Of a stretch of 64,000 bases of DNA, positions 20,148-28,676 are shown piece after piece. Each line of letters begins with the position of its first letter. Within the stretch, counting starts at the first letter, position 1. The notes under the pieces are model-generated. The model was not told where the DNA came from. It saw only the letters and a program-made list of their open reading frames with translations, and did no database searches. Position numbers and translations under genes: made by a program. This DNA comes from a virus. The stretch is taken from positions 5,129 to 69,128 of the IMG/VR virus record IMGVR_UViG_3300025577_000001; one strand, written 5' to 3'.

Positions 20148-21242
20148 ATGCTCGCACTAGTACCCGACTCCAACAACGTTCAGCAATTCACCAATATCGA
20201 TGACGCTATGAACACGACGACGACAGACACAGCGCCTATTCGAGTCGTGATCGACTTTGGCAACGGCAGCATTAAATACGCTGTCGCCATCAACGGCGAC
20301 AAGATTACAAAAGGCGCAGTGCCTAGCCTGCTAATCGAAACGCAGCACCCTGCGGGGTCTGTCGTCAACGGCACTAGGTTCGGCTATGGCGCTATCGCAG
20401 CAAAGCTAGATTTAGAAGCCGCTTACTCGCCAGGGCGTGAAGCAAGCAGTGCGGGCAAGCGGCAGAATCTAGATAAGGTTCTAGCCGCCGTTGCGATTGA
20501 AAGCGGATTAGTAGATAGCGATAGCGCTGAACCCGTTAACGTCGAAGTGTGGATCGCGTCGCCGCTGGCGTCGGGCACCATGCCTGAGCACGAAGCGTTG
20601 ATCGGCTCTCATTTGATTAGCACGCCGGGCAAGAAAGGCGAAAGCGCCAAGTCTAAGCTCATCAAGGTTGTCGGCGTTAGGGCTTACCAAGAATGCTCGC
20701 CACTTCTCGCAAAGTTCGACGCAGTTGTAGATCTGGGCAACGGCACCAGCTTTTACGGATGGAACGACAACAATGGCGCGGCGCGCGTGAAGGCTATCGA
20801 GTCGGGCGTCGGTGCAATGCTTGAGCGGGCTATCGATTCGCCAACGATTGCGCGCCGCTATGCCGATAGCGCTGACGCTGGCAAAGGCGTGCTGAGTGCT
20901 GAAGGCTTGGCCGCGTCACTCGCAAGCGGGCGCGCATTCAGCAAAGACGACGAGTCCGGAAAACTCTACGTCAGCTATAAGGGCGTTCAGTTTGCCGACG
21001 TTCTAGGGCCATTGGTGCTTGAGTACTTTGCTAAGACCGTCGTGCCAGCGATGCGCGAAGCTGCGGCTAAGTCGGTCTCATTCGACAGCACGCCGAAGCT
21101 AGCGGTAGTGGGCGGCGGCGCGGCGTTATTGCGTCAGATGCTCTGCGACGATCAACTATCACAGCACGGCATCGAGACTCACAAAATCGTATGGCCATCA
21201 CGCCCTGCTACACAGCTTGTCGAACATATCTGCGCCCAATAG
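20148..21242 (+). CDS. parM: Actin-like ParM/StbA family ATPase
   Basis: Phosphate 1 IDFGNGSIK, phosphate 2 VVDLGNGTS, adenosine VVGGGAALL; GAGG RBS before ATG 20148. Confidence 0.85.
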   Translation: MLALVPDSNNVQQFTNIDDAMNTTTTDTAPIRVVIDFGNGSIKYAVAINGDKITKGAVPSLLIETQHPAGSVVNGTRFGYGAIAAKLDLEAAYSPGREASSAGKRQNLDKVLAAVAIESGLVDSDSAEPVNVEVWIASPLASGTMPEHEALIGSHLISTPGKKGESAKSKLIKVVGVRAYQECSPLLAKFDAVVDLGNGTSFYGWNDNNGAARVKAIESGVGAMLERAIDSPTIARRYADSADAGKGVLSAEGLAASLASGRAFSKDDESGKLYVSYKGVQFADVLGPLVLEYFAKTVVPAMREAAAKSVSFDSTPKLAVVGGGAALLRQMLCDDQLSQHGIETHKIVWPSRPATQLVEHICAQ

Positions 21243-21331
21243 CAAAAAGTTTGGCAAAAATATTTAAGCCCGGCAGCCCGCTGCGCCGGGCTTTTTAGTG
21301 CTTTATCGCAAAAATAATGAACAGGTAAAAT

Positions 21332-21368
21332 AAAACCCCTTTACATTAGGGCGCATAGGCGCTATATT
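21332..21368 (+). promoter_or_regulatory. Promoter with the AAAACCCCTTTACA box
   Basis: TTTACA-17nt-TATATT after a terminator. Confidence 0.7.
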
Positions 21369-21398
21369 AGTTTTGTACTCAACACACAGGTTACTCAA

Positions 21399-21770
21399 AT
21401 GACTTTCATCAATTCTTCCATCGCTTCACTCCACGCCGCAGGCAAGGGCATTCACCTAGTACTTTGGCTTTTCTGTCTGGTCACAGGCGCAGCGTTCGTG
21501 ACTATCCGCAAAGCTTGCTACATCGCTCACGCCTTGGGCGTCGTTGCCGGTGAATGGTATTACACACGCGGCGGCAAGGAAATGATTGCTGAGGAACTAG
21601 CGCCCACAGTCGCAGCGCTTAAGGCTGCTTACGCCTGGGTAAAGACAGACGGTAAAACGATCGTAGTAAAGGGGACTAAGAAAGTTTCAGCTATTGCCCG
21701 CACCGCTTACGCCCGCTTAGAGGCTGAGGAGCAATTTGTATTTTCAGTTATCGCAAACGTCAGCGCGTAA
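21399..21770 (+). CDS. Hypothetical protein
   Basis: ORF directly after the promoter. Confidence 0.6.
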   Translation: MTFINSSIASLHAAGKGIHLVLWLFCLVTGAAFVTIRKACYIAHALGVVAGEWYYTRGGKEMIAEELAPTVAALKAAYAWVKTDGKTIVVKGTKKVSAIARTAYARLEAEEQFVFSVIANVSA

Positions 21771-21922
21771 AACACACTATATAGAGGCAGTTTCAAGATG
21801 AAGCGTCACGAAAGCCCAAGGCGTAGCGGGCGCAATGATAAAGGAAAGGAGGCGTCAGCTAGGCTTCGTCAAATCAAAAAGCGCAATCGTCGAACAATCC
21901 AAAAACTAAAAGGAAACTCAAA

Positions 21923-22153
21923 ATGAAAGCTTACACGCAAGCAGAAATAGAAAGAATGATAGAGCAGTGCGGCGGCGTATATCTTGGCGATGGCGACATC
22001 GTGACACTCGATGACGGCGACTCTTTTCACCGAACTGTTCTTCGTTCAGGCGCAGTCTACTGGGAAGAGTATGATCTTGACGCCGTCGCTGCTGAGGCTG
22101 AGCGCGATCAGGCTTACGCTACTGCCTTTTATCGTTCACGGCTCGGCATTTAA
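21923..22153 (+). CDS. Hypothetical acidic protein
   Basis: AAGGA RBS, 76 aa. Confidence 0.6.
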   Translation: MKAYTQAEIERMIEQCGGVYLGDGDIVTLDDGDSFHRTVLRSGAVYWEEYDLDAVAAEAERDQAYATAFYRSRLGI

Positions 22154-22178
22154 CGCCATAAACATCAAGGAAAACAAC

Positions 22179-22844
22179 ATGAGCATTCAGGAAAAAAGAT
22201 ACAGAGCGAATCGAGCAAACCTATTGCTAGAAGAAATAGCAAGCCGTGGCCGCAGGTTTTTTTCATCCGATAACGAGCAAGCCCAATTCTACGTAGACCG
22301 GCGTGGTCGCGTCTGGTTCTTCGACGAGGGCAGCGGCAAAAAAATTTACACGCATTACAGTGGGGAGTGGAAAGGCTTCACTCACTGCGGCACACTCAGG
22401 CGATTAATTTCCAACCTAGCGTTATACATCGGCAAAGGTCAGCTACTTCCGAGTCACCACCTTGGCCCGTGGCCCGAATGGTACAGCAACGGCGATCCTT
22501 GGGCCTATGGGTGCGATGATATGGCCGTCATCCGTCGCCGCGCCCGACAGCTCTACATCACAGAACCATATATTGACGTGAGGTTGCTGAGAGAAGGCGA
22601 CGACGACGGTTACACCGGTTCAACGCTTGGTTATTGGGCCTCGGGCCATGTAGATAAACAGCGGTTTGCAATTGCCGCAAATCGCGAATTCGAGACAGCA
22701 TCGTTTAACGTTCCAATCGTCAAATTATCTCAAGTCAAACACGCTTGGGTTTCGACAGAGACAGAGGACGGCTGTAAATACTGGGTCTATCACAAAGAAG
22801 AGCGACCAGGAACCAAGCCAATAACCTATGCCGAGACTGATTAA
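22179..22844 (+). CDS. Hypothetical phage protein
   Basis: ATG 22179 with AAGGA RBS; WKGFTHCGTLRRLI motif. Confidence 0.65.
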   Translation: MSIQEKRYRANRANLLLEEIASRGRRFFSSDNEQAQFYVDRRGRVWFFDEGSGKKIYTHYSGEWKGFTHCGTLRRLISNLALYIGKGQLLPSHHLGPWPEWYSNGDPWAYGCDDMAVIRRRARQLYITEPYIDVRLLREGDDDGYTGSTLGYWASGHVDKQRFAIAANREFETASFNVPIVKLSQVKHAWVSTETEDGCKYWVYHKEERPGTKPITYAETD

Positions 22845-22945
22845 CGCTAACGCCATAAACACACGCAGAGAATACTCGACGCGGCCTGGCTGCTTGTCGA
22901 AAGAGCTTACGAAAACGACAACATATAAGAGGAAAAAGGAACCAC

Positions 22946-23209
22946 ATGAAAATTTCAGAGCTAATCGCACAGTTAAAGGCCGTTCAAAACGTAGCGGGTG
23001 ATGTTGATGTGATTCTATCCGAAGACAGTGAAGGGAATGCTTACAGTCCGGCTGGCGTTACTGAGCGGGGAATGTATCGGCCCATCAATTCATGGAGCGG
23101 AGAGATCGGCATCCGAGAGCTAACACCTGAGCTAATTGAGGAAGGTTATGGCCCAGACGATATTCTGGACGGCGCATCAGAAGCGGTTGTCATCTGGCCG
23201 ATCAACTAG
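22946..23209 (+). CDS. Hypothetical phage protein
   Basis: MKISELIAQL...DSEGNAYSP pattern common in small phage proteins. Confidence 0.65.
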   Translation: MKISELIAQLKAVQNVAGDVDVILSEDSEGNAYSPAGVTERGMYRPINSWSGEIGIRELTPELIEEGYGPDDILDGASEAVVIWPIN

Positions 23210-23260
23210 CATTATCAAACCGATCGATACTAAACACTGCCCAATACACAAGACTTACCC

Positions 23261-23878
23261 ATGATTAAAAATGACAAATGGATTACACAGCAAGCAACGA
23301 AAGGCATGATCACGCCTTTCGTTCCACAGTTAGTCAGAAAAGCTGAAGCCCGCCCTGCGGGCTTAGTATCAGATAGCCCGATTCGATATAAAGCGATAAG
23401 TTACGGCTTATCGAGTTACGGCTATGATATTCGCCTGTCGCCGAATGACTTTAGAATCTTTCGCCATGTGCCCGGCACAGTCATCGACCCTAAGAACTTC
23501 AGCAATGACAACCTAGAACCGGCTCATCTCCACAGAGGCGAACGCGGCGACTATTTCATATTGCCTGGGCATTCATACGGGCTAGGCGTCGCGGTCGAAC
23601 GCTTAGCGATGCCGGGCAATGTGACAGGCGTTTGCCTTGGCAAGAGCACCTATGCCCGCGTCGGTATAATCGTCAATATGACGCCTGCCGAGGCTGGCTG
23701 GTGCGGCCATCTGACATTAGAATTTTCCAATTCATCAAGCGCTGACTGTCGCCTCTATGTAAACGAGGGTGTGGCGCAGATGTTATTTTTTGAGGGCGAA
23801 CGCTGCGCGACGACTTACGAAGATCGCAGCGGAAAATATCAAGGGCAACCGGAACAAGTAGTAATAGCCAAGGTTTGA
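23261..23878 (+). CDS. dcd: dCTP deaminase
   Basis: ISYGLSSYGYDIRL, GKSTYARVG, TPAEAGWCGHLTLEFSN, GKYQGQ. Confidence 0.95.
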   Translation: MIKNDKWITQQATKGMITPFVPQLVRKAEARPAGLVSDSPIRYKAISYGLSSYGYDIRLSPNDFRIFRHVPGTVIDPKNFSNDNLEPAHLHRGERGDYFILPGHSYGLGVAVERLAMPGNVTGVCLGKSTYARVGIIVNMTPAEAGWCGHLTLEFSNSSSADCRLYVNEGVAQMLFFEGERCATTYEDRSGKYQGQPEQVVIAKV

Positions 23879-24507
23879 TTGTGATTTTTAATATTGACGA
23901 CATCGCACCCGATGCAGCCGACCAGACGCTTAGTAGCCTTAGATCCGATCAAGGCTACACGCATAACGCCGCAAAGAATGAGATCGGCGTCGGATTCCCG
24001 ACGCTCACAAACTGGGAGAACGCAGATCTGACCGTGCGGCGTCGCATCAAGCTTGAGCAGGCTTATCGATGGATGCGCTTATTAGGAGAGGATGCCGAAA
24101 CGTTCGGTCACCTGTTAGGGCAAAACCGAATCAACGACGTGATAGACGTGCCGATAGAGGTTGTCTCCAGCTTGTTTGGGGTTAGCATGGCCAAGATAAA
24201 CAGAGAGCCAGCGACAACGTTTAGAAAGCTATTCTTTAGCAAAGATACGGGCCGAGATCATCAACGCGCCCGAAGCTTGCTGAAGCCATTGACTAAGCGC
24301 AGCAAGAAGAACGCGCTACGAATAAAGCTTGACGTGCTCAGCGATGCCCATAAGGCCCTTGGATGCTCTCAAGCTAGCGCACTGAAGGCACTCAACTCAG
24401 GTCGTTCTATCGCCTTACTAAGTCTGACTGGCGACGACTTGGGGCGATTGCTGCAAGCGGCAATAGACATTAACTGGGAGCCTGCTGAGGACGAAGACAA
24501 TGGGTAA
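23875..24507 (+). CDS. Hypothetical protein
   Basis: 210-aa ORF overlapping its neighbours. Confidence 0.55.
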   Translation: MIVIFNIDDIAPDAADQTLSSLRSDQGYTHNAAKNEIGVGFPTLTNWENADLTVRRRIKLEQAYRWMRLLGEDAETFGHLLGQNRINDVIDVPIEVVSSLFGVSMAKINREPATTFRKLFFSKDTGRDHQRARSLLKPLTKRSKKNALRIKLDVLSDAHKALGCSQASALKALNSGRSIALLSLTGDDLGRLLQAAIDINWEPAEDEDNG

Positions 24508-24919
24508 GAAGTCTGAGCGCACCGTCAAAAAAGAAACGAACGCCGTGGCATTGTTGGCTCAGTCAGCAGGCATTACGCTAAGAACCGATCGCGAGGCTAG
24601 GGCCTTGCCCTATGAATTAGCGCCGCGTCGGTATCTGGCTGACGCGGTATGGATAGCGCCTGATTCCGCTGCGCGTCGCGGCGTCGTCATCGAGATTCAA
24701 GGCGGGCGATTCATCTCAGGGAAGCATGGCAATGCTAAGGGCCTGGCGACCGATGACAAAAAGATGGCCTGGGCGCAGCTTAATGACTTTGACATTTTAT
24801 TCTGCGATTACAGCGACATTGAAGAAATCGCCCCTATCCTGTCGAAGATGGTTGCAAAATATTACGATGCGACTGCAATATCTAGCCACAGCGAGCCGAT
24901 AAATCCTATGGATATTTGA
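24500..24919 (+). CDS. PD-(D/E)XK-type endonuclease (Vsr/DUF559-like)
   Basis: RRYLADAVW...VVIEIQGG...GKH...DDKK pattern. Confidence 0.65.
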   Translation: MGKKSERTVKKETNAVALLAQSAGITLRTDREARALPYELAPRRYLADAVWIAPDSAARRGVVIEIQGGRFISGKHGNAKGLATDDKKMAWAQLNDFDILFCDYSDIEEIAPILSKMVAKYYDATAISSHSEPINPMDI

Positions 24920-25010
24920 ACGATATTCGCCCTTGAAAACGAAGCCGCCGATCAGGATAGTCTGATCGGCGGCTTCGTTTTTGCCCATGTTTACGATGTG
25001 TCCATATCGG

Positions 25011-25147
25011 AAAAAGACAACAGATCGTCATTTTTAAGCCCAAACGCTCAAACGTCTACGCATCAATGCTTTCAGGCAAAAAAGACAACAAATAAAAAGA
25101 CAACAGATCCTTATAATAGATATATAGACGAATCTGTTGTCTTTTTT
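25011..25147. repeat. Dispersed origin-like element, copy 2 (reverse orientation)
   Basis: AAAGACAACA boxes x3, CCTTATAATAGATATATAGA core, TCTGTTGTCTT. Confidence 0.9.
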
Positions 25148-25367
25148 GACTCAGAATCCAGCACTCGATAAGCCGTCTAAAGCCCTACTTTTGAAACTCG
25201 TTTATCAGGACGAGGCGGCGCTGATAAAATTCGTTTCAGATATTTTCTATAAAACCTGTTTACATGCGGGTTGCATGTGTTAGTATTATTTCAGTGAGAC
25301 AAGCGAAGTAATAAACGCCTCTCAGTTATCCCGTTATCCCGTTATCCCATTACACCGAGACTAGAAC

Positions 25368-26255
25368 ATGAGTTTTTTCGCACAAGGCTATAAGGTTGAA
25401 GACAACATTGGCGGTGGCGGTTTATTCCTCAAGCTAGAAGAAGGCGCTACGACGCTCCGCATCCTTAAGCCAACTAATGGCGCGCCCGCTTGCTCTGCGG
25501 GTTGGTGCTGGTGGTTGGAGACGCCAGAGGGCAAGCGTCCATCACGCGGCGTCGAGATGCCATCGCCATTGCCCGCTAACCTGGCGACGGACAAATGGGG
25601 CAAGCCTGAGCTTAAGCATGTTTGGATTCTGGCTGTTATCGACCGCAGTACTCAGGCGCTCAAAATCTGGGAGGTGTCTCAGTCTACAATCCAGACAGCC
25701 GTTGCCGAGCTTGCGAATAGCTTCGGCGACCCCACAGAGTTTGATATTGTCGTCAAGAAAAAGAAAGTAGGCGGCAAGACTACCTACACGGTAAGCCCGA
25801 CGCCTATCGCCCCCTTGAGTCAAAAGGATTGCGATTTGATGCAGGGTTACATCATCCAGCCTGCTGAGAGGTTCAATGGCGGTAAAGGCTTGGTCAATAC
25901 GCAAAGCGAAATGGATAAAGCTGGCGCAGACGGCGGCTATAGCGCTCAGGCAGCAGCGCCCGCGACTGAGCCTGAGATCGTGTCTATGCTACGCGCTGCG
26001 CTTGGTGACGGCAATGTGACGCCTGATCGCGCCGTACAGCTCCAAGAGTGGGCGTTAGGTTACATCGATCAGTTCAATGCCGCTGCGCCTGATGGCAACG
26101 GCACGAGCCTGATTGACTCCATCGTGAAGCCTTACCTAGCTGCGCCTTCGCCTACTCCTGCTATTGCCGCCCCTGCCATGCCGCCTGCTATTGCAGCGCC
26201 CGCACAAGTGCCGGTGGCTGTTGGTGTCGGCGTTGCTGACGATATCCCGTTCTAG
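25368..26255 (+). CDS. Single-stranded DNA-binding protein
   Basis: FLKLEEGATTLRIL N-terminus, Pro/Ala linker, acidic C-terminal DDIPF tip. Confidence 0.75.
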   Translation: MSFFAQGYKVEDNIGGGGLFLKLEEGATTLRILKPTNGAPACSAGWCWWLETPEGKRPSRGVEMPSPLPANLATDKWGKPELKHVWILAVIDRSTQALKIWEVSQSTIQTAVAELANSFGDPTEFDIVVKKKKVGGKTTYTVSPTPIAPLSQKDCDLMQGYIIQPAERFNGGKGLVNTQSEMDKAGADGGYSAQAAAPATEPEIVSMLRAALGDGNVTPDRAVQLQEWALGYIDQFNAAAPDGNGTSLIDSIVKPYLAAPSPTPAIAAPAMPPAIAAPAQVPVAVGVGVADDIPF

Positions 26256-26331
26256 ATTCAGCCGTAAGCGATGCCGCCCCTTAGACAATCTAACAATCTA
26301 AAGGGCGGCATCTTATAAGAGGATCTTCCTA

Positions 26332-26520
26332 ATGCCCCTAGAAAGCTCAAAGCCCCAGCCAGGCGATCTGACTATCGAGCAACAGTTTAGGCTTAGAGCC
26401 ATTGAGAGCCAAGTCAAGAACATGAGTGCTGAACAGGCTCAAGAATACGTGGTTGAAGTCTTTCGGCAAATGTTTATTAAAGACAATCTCGTCAAGTACT
26501 TAATAAAGAACCCACCATGA
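26332..26520 (+). CDS. nblA: Phycobilisome degradation protein NblA
   Basis: LTIEQQFRLRAIESQVKNMSAEQAQEYVVEVFRQMFIKDNLVKYLIK matches the NblA consensus. Confidence 0.92.
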   Translation: MPLESSKPQPGDLTIEQQFRLRAIESQVKNMSAEQAQEYVVEVFRQMFIKDNLVKYLIKNPP

Positions 26521-26644
26521 CGGAAAGAACAGGTGCATTAATCGTCGCAGCTAGCATCCTCACGACATGGGCCTTAGCTGCGATCCTTATCCTTCACTTT
26601 TTCAGCTTCGATAATACTCAAACTCAAACGCACAGCACAGCACT

Positions 26645-26842
26645 ATGGCCGCTCAATACAATCATAAGACCCACGCCGTAACCGATAGCAACACGCCTCT
26701 GTGCGGCACGACTAAACCAGATCCCATCATCGCGACTGATGGTGCCCCCACTTGCAAGGCGTGCCAAACCGTAATGAAACGCCGTATCAAAAGTAGGGCC
26801 GGGCGACTGTCTGGGAATCTAACGAAATACCGCGCTAAATAA
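26645..26842 (+). CDS. Small Zn-finger-like protein
   Basis: H...PLCG...PTCKAC. Confidence 0.55.
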   Translation: MAAQYNHKTHAVTDSNTPLCGTTKPDPIIATDGAPTCKACQTVMKRRIKSRAGRLSGNLTKYRAK

Positions 26843-26870
26843 ACACTAAGGAAAGCAGGAGCTATTACAG

Positions 26871-27506
26871 ATGAAACAATCAACATTGTTCGCAATAGAA
26901 GAACACGCCGCGCCCACAACGACTGAAGAGACATGGTGCGCCGATGACTGGGAGACGCCGCCCGAAGTCGCTGCGGCAATGGCTAGCCTTATCACTGACG
27001 ATGAGGAACGCATTATTGAGCCATCAGCCGGGCGCGGTGCTATTGCTCGGCTATTGCCAGCTGACCGCTCTGTCACTTGCATCGAGATTAACCCGCTTCG
27101 ACACATGGTCGGCGCTGCGCCGCATCAGGAATGGCTGTGCACTGATTTTATTTCATATGCCAAGCGTGACGCATACGGCTTTGGAGCCGATCTCATCATT
27201 GGCAATCCGCCCTTCTCACTGGGTATGGAATTCTTAAGCGCGGCTGCATCAATCCTTAAGGCTGATGGCCGCATTCTATTTCTATTGCCTACCGAATTCT
27301 TCCAGGCCACATGCCGCGCGCAGCCATTCAAGGAATCTGGCCTTGTCATATCTCATCAATGGCAAATCGCCGGACGCGTCGCCTTCGTCAAAGAAGGCGT
27401 AGTACATAAAGGGCGGCAATGCTCCGACTCAATCTTTGAGTTTAAACACGCCAGCGCAGCGGCGGCGGCAATAGAGCTGATAGATCCATATGGCAGACTC
27501 AAATAA
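26871..27506 (+). CDS. Amino (N6-A/N4-C) DNA methyltransferase
   Basis: SAM motif IEPSAGRGAI; catalytic IGNPPF. Confidence 0.85.
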   Translation: MKQSTLFAIEEHAAPTTTEETWCADDWETPPEVAAAMASLITDDEERIIEPSAGRGAIARLLPADRSVTCIEINPLRHMVGAAPHQEWLCTDFISYAKRDAYGFGADLIIGNPPFSLGMEFLSAAASILKADGRILFLLPTEFFQATCRAQPFKESGLVISHQWQIAGRVAFVKEGVVHKGRQCSDSIFEFKHASAAAAAIELIDPYGRLK

Positions 27507-27739
27507 TGACAGCTAGCCAACGCATAGACAACGCTATCAGATGGCTCAGAATTAATCAGAACGCAATAGCCCAGGCGCTGCCAATCGCCACGCCTGGGCG
27601 CGTATTCGGCGCTTCGTGGCTTGAGATACTAGAGTCATACATCACCAAGTATCACGACGGCGCTATATCTAACTTTTGCGCCGTCGCCTACATCGTCAAT
27701 CCGTTAGTCATTATCAGGGCGCAGCTCGATCAGCCCTAA
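27506..27739 (+). CDS. Hypothetical protein
   Basis: TAATG coupling to the MTase gene. Confidence 0.55.
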   Translation: MTASQRIDNAIRWLRINQNAIAQALPIATPGRVFGASWLEILESYITKYHDGAISNFCAVAYIVNPLVIIRAQLDQP

Positions 27740-27749
27740 TAATGAAATA

Positions 27750-27800
27750 AAAATAAAACCTATTTGCCCTATTGTAAATAGGTTTTATTTTGACTATATT
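27750..27800. promoter_or_regulatory. Palindromic operator overlapping a promoter
   Basis: AAAATAAAACCTATTT-N10-AAATAGGTTTTATTTT; TTGTAA-17nt-TATATT. Confidence 0.65.
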
Positions 27801-27828
27801 TATTGCAGTTGCATGAGTTAGCCGACGG

Positions 27829-28143
27829 ATGAATATCAATATCACTTACAGCAAAGTCGAATACGCGGGAGAGCAAGTTGCCCGTGTCCACGCAGGCGGG
27901 AAAGCGACTCCGTTCTATATTCTTAAGCGTCAGGGTCTGTATCTGGTTTGCGTAGCGCATGAGAGGCGCTTAGTTCAGTTCGCTACTGACTCTAGGTGGG
28001 AATCTAAGGAGGCGTGCGCGGCCCGCATCGCGGGAATGGTGCAAAGCCCAGCGTGGCTGCCCGTTAGCTTTTGCTCGCCACTAGCGACACGTCAGCGCCC
28101 GCTCAGTAGTGCGCGGTGTATATGGGAAGGGTTGGCGGCGTAG
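27829..28143 (+). CDS. Hypothetical protein
   Basis: ORF after the promoter. Confidence 0.5.
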   Translation: MNINITYSKVEYAGEQVARVHAGGKATPFYILKRQGLYLVCVAHERRLVQFATDSRWESKEACAARIAGMVQSPAWLPVSFCSPLATRQRPLSSARCIWEGLAA

Positions 28144-28189
28144 GCGATAATTTAATTTTCAAGTAAACACAAAACGAAAGGAACACACT

Positions 28190-28480
28190 ATGACTATTCA
28201 AAAAGCTTTCGATAGATTCATGGAAGAGGACTTTGAGAACGCTGTTGACATGGCAACCAAGGCATATTGGAGTGGGAGCGGCTACTCCGTCGAGCTATTC
28301 CCAGACGGTCATTACCGCGTTCTATGGAACAGCAACATTGGCAATAGGTACGACACGCCCGGCGTGATACTAGGGATCCGCCCGCTCGGTGATGACGAAT
28401 GGGACAACGATAAAGATTGCAGGTTCTACGACAACGCAGAGGATTACATGCGGGAGGCTTTTAATGATGCCTGCCTGTAA
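28190..28480 (+). CDS. Hypothetical acidic protein
   Basis: AAGGA RBS, followed by a palindromic terminator at 28506-28541. Confidence 0.65.
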   Translation: MTIQKAFDRFMEEDFENAVDMATKAYWSGSGYSVELFPDGHYRVLWNSNIGNRYDTPGVILGIRPLGDDEWDNDKDCRFYDNAEDYMREAFNDACL

Positions 28481-28676
28481 TGGCTGAGCTATAGCCGCAT
28501 TCGCAATAAAGCCCGATCAGGATATCCTGATCGGGCTTTATGTTTTAGTCTGATTTTTAGTAGGCCCCAAATAATTAGAGTTATTTGGGGCTTGAGTGCC
28601 AATCGAAAGCGCCGCGTCGGGTATTGATAGGTCTACCCGGCGCGGCGCGTTTAGTTTTCGGTAGTGATTCTTTGCG

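Noticed and set aside
25324-25347. GTTATCCC x3 tandem repeat in the SSB leader
   Set aside because: Short and isolated; consistent with slippage and no function can be supported
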